Below are positions 60,234 to 64,000 of a DNA stretch of 64,000 nucleotides, piece by piece. The position numbers and the translations under genes are program-made. The stretch's first letter is position 1; every line of letters starts with the position of its first letter. The stretch is from the NCBI GenBank assembly GCA_963744145.1, contig CAVUSO010000001.1, forward strand, positions 4,736,001-4,800,000, written 5' to 3'. Under the pieces are notes generated by a model. It did no database searches. It was not told the DNA's origin and saw nothing but the letters and a program-made list of their open reading frames with translations. Origin of the DNA: an uncultured cyanobacterium. Lineage in GTDB: Bacteria; Cyanobacteriota; Cyanobacteriia; Cyanobacteriales; CAWUOF01.

Positions 60234-61730
60234 ATGGCTTTTTTTGAAGACTTCACGTCCACTCTCCGACAAAAATGGCTGCAATACTTCCAAGCCAACC
60301 GTGATTGGTTGATTTTGCAAATGAAAGTTTCAGCCGTAAAAACCCCGGATGGTGGCCAGCGTCCTTCTTCCTATTTCATTCTGGGAATCATTAATGCCCT
60401 GGAACCAAAGCTAGCGCAATTAATGTTGCCCTTTTATCGGCTCAATCCAGATGCAGAGACTCTATTAGAGGTTTTGAATCTGAATTTTGATCCGGATTTA
60501 GCCCTAGGTAATCACACCGAAACGCAACCAGCAGCTATTTCTGGAAGTCCAGAAGATATAAATCTCCTAGGAGAAACTCCTGCTTCAACTCCAGTCAAGG
60601 AGGAAGCGAATCTGTTGGGGGAGACTTCTCCCCCAAGTCCAGCTAAAGAGGAATCTCATCCTCCTGCATCTGCACCTCCTACCCCTGAAACTTCATCAGT
60701 AGAACATGAATCAGCTGAAAAAACTTCATCAGGTGGGTTGGGAATAGCAGCAGTAGCTGGATTGGGGGCAGTAGCAGCCGTTGGGTTGGGAATAGCAGCA
60801 ACAGCAGCTTTACATCAGCAATCTACCCCTGAAGAGGTGCCAACACCAACTTCAGAAGTACCACCAGATGACTCTGCTCTATTAGGTCTAGACACGACTG
60901 AAACTCACGATGAAGCCGATTTAGGTGGTTTAGGTCTAGACACGACTGAAACTCACGATGAAGTCGATTTAGGTGGTTTAGGTCTAGACACGACTGAAAC
61001 TCACGATGAAGTCGATTTAGGTGGTTTAGGTCTAGACACGACTGAAACTCACGATGAAGTCGATTTAGGTGGTTTAGGTCTAGATCCGACTGAAACTCAC
61101 GATGAAGTCGATTTAGGTGGTTTAGGTCTAGACACGACTGAAACTCACGATGAAGTCGATTTAGGTGGTTTAGGTCTAGACACGACTGAAACTCACGATG
61201 AAGTCGATTTAGGTGGTTTAGGTCTAGACACGACTGAAACTCACGATGAAGTCGATTTAGGTGGTTTAGGTCTAGACACGACTGAAACTCACGATGAAGT
61301 CGATTTAGGTGGTTTAGGTCTAGATCCCGCTGATGATCTTGGCTTAGAGCAAGATGATTTAGGCTTAGAAACTCCGGAAGGACTGATGAGCTTTGATCCG
61401 GTTGATTTAGCAGTCGGATTGCCAGATGACCTCGAGTCAAATTCGATCGCGATCGATGATACGAGTAGTTCCCTGGATGATCCTTGGGCAGAAGAAAATG
61501 ATGTGCTGGATGAAAGCACTCATAATGCCCTAGATGAAGCCGCTGCTATGATGGATGATTTGGGTGAATTATCTACTGATCCTTTTGGTGGCGAAGATCC
61601 TTTTGGTGGCGAAGTATCCTTAGATTCTGACGATCTATATACTTTTGATGAACTAACAGGTGATGAGCCCAAATCTGATGATGATGATGATCTATCCAGC
61701 TTATTATCATTACCAGACTTTGATTCATAA
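60234..61730 (+). CDS. DUF5331-domain protein with a long acidic repeat tail
   Basis: LRQKWLQYF..NR.W...RPSSYFILG...LEPKL...LNFDP, then a low-complexity region, a hydrophobic segment and 16-aa repeats. Confidence 0.8.
   Translation: MAFFEDFTSTLRQKWLQYFQANRDWLILQMKVSAVKTPDGGQRPSSYFILGIINALEPKLAQLMLPFYRLNPDAETLLEVLNLNFDPDLALGNHTETQPAAISGSPEDINLLGETPASTPVKEEANLLGETSPPSPAKEESHPPASAPPTPETSSVEHESAEKTSSGGLGIAAVAGLGAVAAVGLGIAATAALHQQSTPEEVPTPTSEVPPDDSALLGLDTTETHDEADLGGLGLDTTETHDEVDLGGLGLDTTETHDEVDLGGLGLDTTETHDEVDLGGLGLDPTETHDEVDLGGLGLDTTETHDEVDLGGLGLDTTETHDEVDLGGLGLDTTETHDEVDLGGLGLDTTETHDEVDLGGLGLDPADDLGLEQDDLGLETPEGLMSFDPVDLAVGLPDDLESNSIAIDDTSSSLDDPWAEENDVLDESTHNALDEAAAMMDDLGELSTDPFGGEDPFGGEVSLDSDDLYTFDELTGDEPKSDDDDDLSSLLSLPDFDS
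60882..61324 (+). repeat. 48-bp coding tandem repeat x9 (LGLDTTETHDEVDLGG)
   Basis: TTAGGTCTAGACACGACTGAAACTCACGATGAAGTCGATTTAGGTGGT, contiguous with no spacers. Confidence 0.97.
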
Positions 61731-61874
61731 CATCTTGCTTTTGATGGTAATTATTACGATCAGCGGCAGGATAAAAAAAGGGGAAGAACGGTAATAAATT
61801 GTTAATAGCTATGAACTGATAGCGAAAACGCGATCGCCCCTGCTACATCTGGACAACTTAGTGGGATTACTCGT

Positions 61875-62282
61875 GTGAATATCGATCACCTCCGTCAATC
61901 TTTGAAGGCCAAGTGGTTAACCTACTATCGAGACAATCGTCGGTGGCTAGCACACCTCAAAGTTTGGGTAATCTGTGACGGACAGCGTCGTCCTTCTTCT
62001 AGTTTCGTTTTAGCTACCCTCTCAATTTTGGAACCCCGTTTAAGTCGGCTCTTACCTTTAATTGTTGACTTAAACAATCATCCAGATCGGATTGTCTCCT
62101 CTTTAGGTCTCAATTTTAATCCAGAGGAAGAACTGGCTTTACTTCCTAAGCCACGGGTAACTGCTGATGACCATCACTCTGTAAAAATGCTTCCTGCTAG
62201 CAGAGATGATCACAAATCTAAACGTCTTCCGGCGGACCGAGATGATGAATCTTGCCGCGGAGCGCGACCGTATCACGAGTAA
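61875..62282 (+). CDS. DUF5331-domain protein
   Basis: [15 protein letters not shown]...[17 protein letters not shown]...LGLNFNP. Confidence 0.85.
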   Translation: MNIDHLRQSLKAKWLTYYRDNRRWLAHLKVWVICDGQRRPSSSFVLATLSILEPRLSRLLPLIVDLNNHPDRIVSSLGLNFNPEEELALLPKPRVTADDHHSVKMLPASRDDHKSKRLPADRDDESCRGARPYHE

Positions 62283-62296
62283 AAAAGTGGGAAGCA

Positions 62297-62322
62297 GTAG
62301 GGGCGCAAAATTTTGCCCCTAC
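62297..62322. repeat. Short REP palindrome GTAGGGGC...GCCCCTAC
   Basis: Perfect 8-bp arms. Confidence 0.7.
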
Positions 62323-62393
62323 ATCAATAATTCATGGAACTAAATATCCCAGAAATTGCATTTTTTCCATTAGCGAGAAGAGGAGAAAAATAG

Positions 62394-63800
<1,407 letters not shown>

Positions 63801-63879
63801 TAGGTTATGGTAGAACTGGGTAGGTGCGATCGCACTTACTCAGTTAATTGATTGAGATATCGGCACAGCAAAAGAAGGG

Positions 63880-64000
63880 TTTACCCTGAGTTTACCCTGA
63901 GCGTAGTCGAAGTTTACCCTGAGCGTAGTCGAAGGGGGCGTAGTCGAAGGGTGAAGCATTCGGATATAATATTACTGGTTTGATCATTCAATTATCGCCC
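63880..64000. repeat. Stuttered short dispersed repeat (TTTACCCTGAGCGTAGTCGAAG) abutting a REP-like element
   Basis: Partial and full copies in tandem, then GAAGCATTCGGATATAA, the reverse-complement relative of the element at 1-60. Confidence 0.7.

Noticed and set aside
60882..61324. Possible CRISPR array
   Set aside because: The 48-bp units are contiguous with no unique spacers, are in frame within a CDS, and no cas genes are present.
60823..61440. 205-aa antisense ORF with repeats
   Set aside because: Shadow of the 48-bp repeat on the opposite strand of the DUF5331 gene.

Overview
AT-rich cyanobacterial chromosomal window: HIP1 (GCGATCGC) is abundant and chlL/chlN, SLH-domain proteins, XisH/XisI and Uma2 genes are present. 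Core genes include a GH10-like SLH hydrolase, a gamma-glutamylcyclotransferase, modA, two DUF1565-SLH proteins, a Gld-type ABC transporter, a PAS/GAF diguanylate cyclase, clpB, an MGT-type glycosyltransferase and chlL-DUF5331-DUF5331-chlN. These are interleaved with accessory DNA. The most notable block (about 15.6-31.3 kb) has a sigma-factor-like gene translationally coupled to a DUF1822 gene, two tandem TPR-CHAT (caspase-like) proteases (a third paralog lies at 138-4952), a small putatively exported peptide, a convergent HTH-NB-ARC-TPR STAND protein, an orphan gene and an XRE-HTH/dynamin-like GTPase. Three of these genes are preceded by the same bipartite motif, TGCATAATT-N12-CCTGGTTAATAG, which suggests a dedicated regulon. 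Also seen: a MITE family with TTA target duplications (one copy in frame inside the cyclase gene), an ISAs1 that replaced the C-terminus of the glycosyltransferase, a decayed IS701, an Rpn nuclease with a strong internal start, toxin-antitoxin cassettes bounded by direct repeats and many REP-like palindromes. I saw no rRNA, tRNA or CRISPR array. Family assignments come from motif recognition by eye, not database searches.
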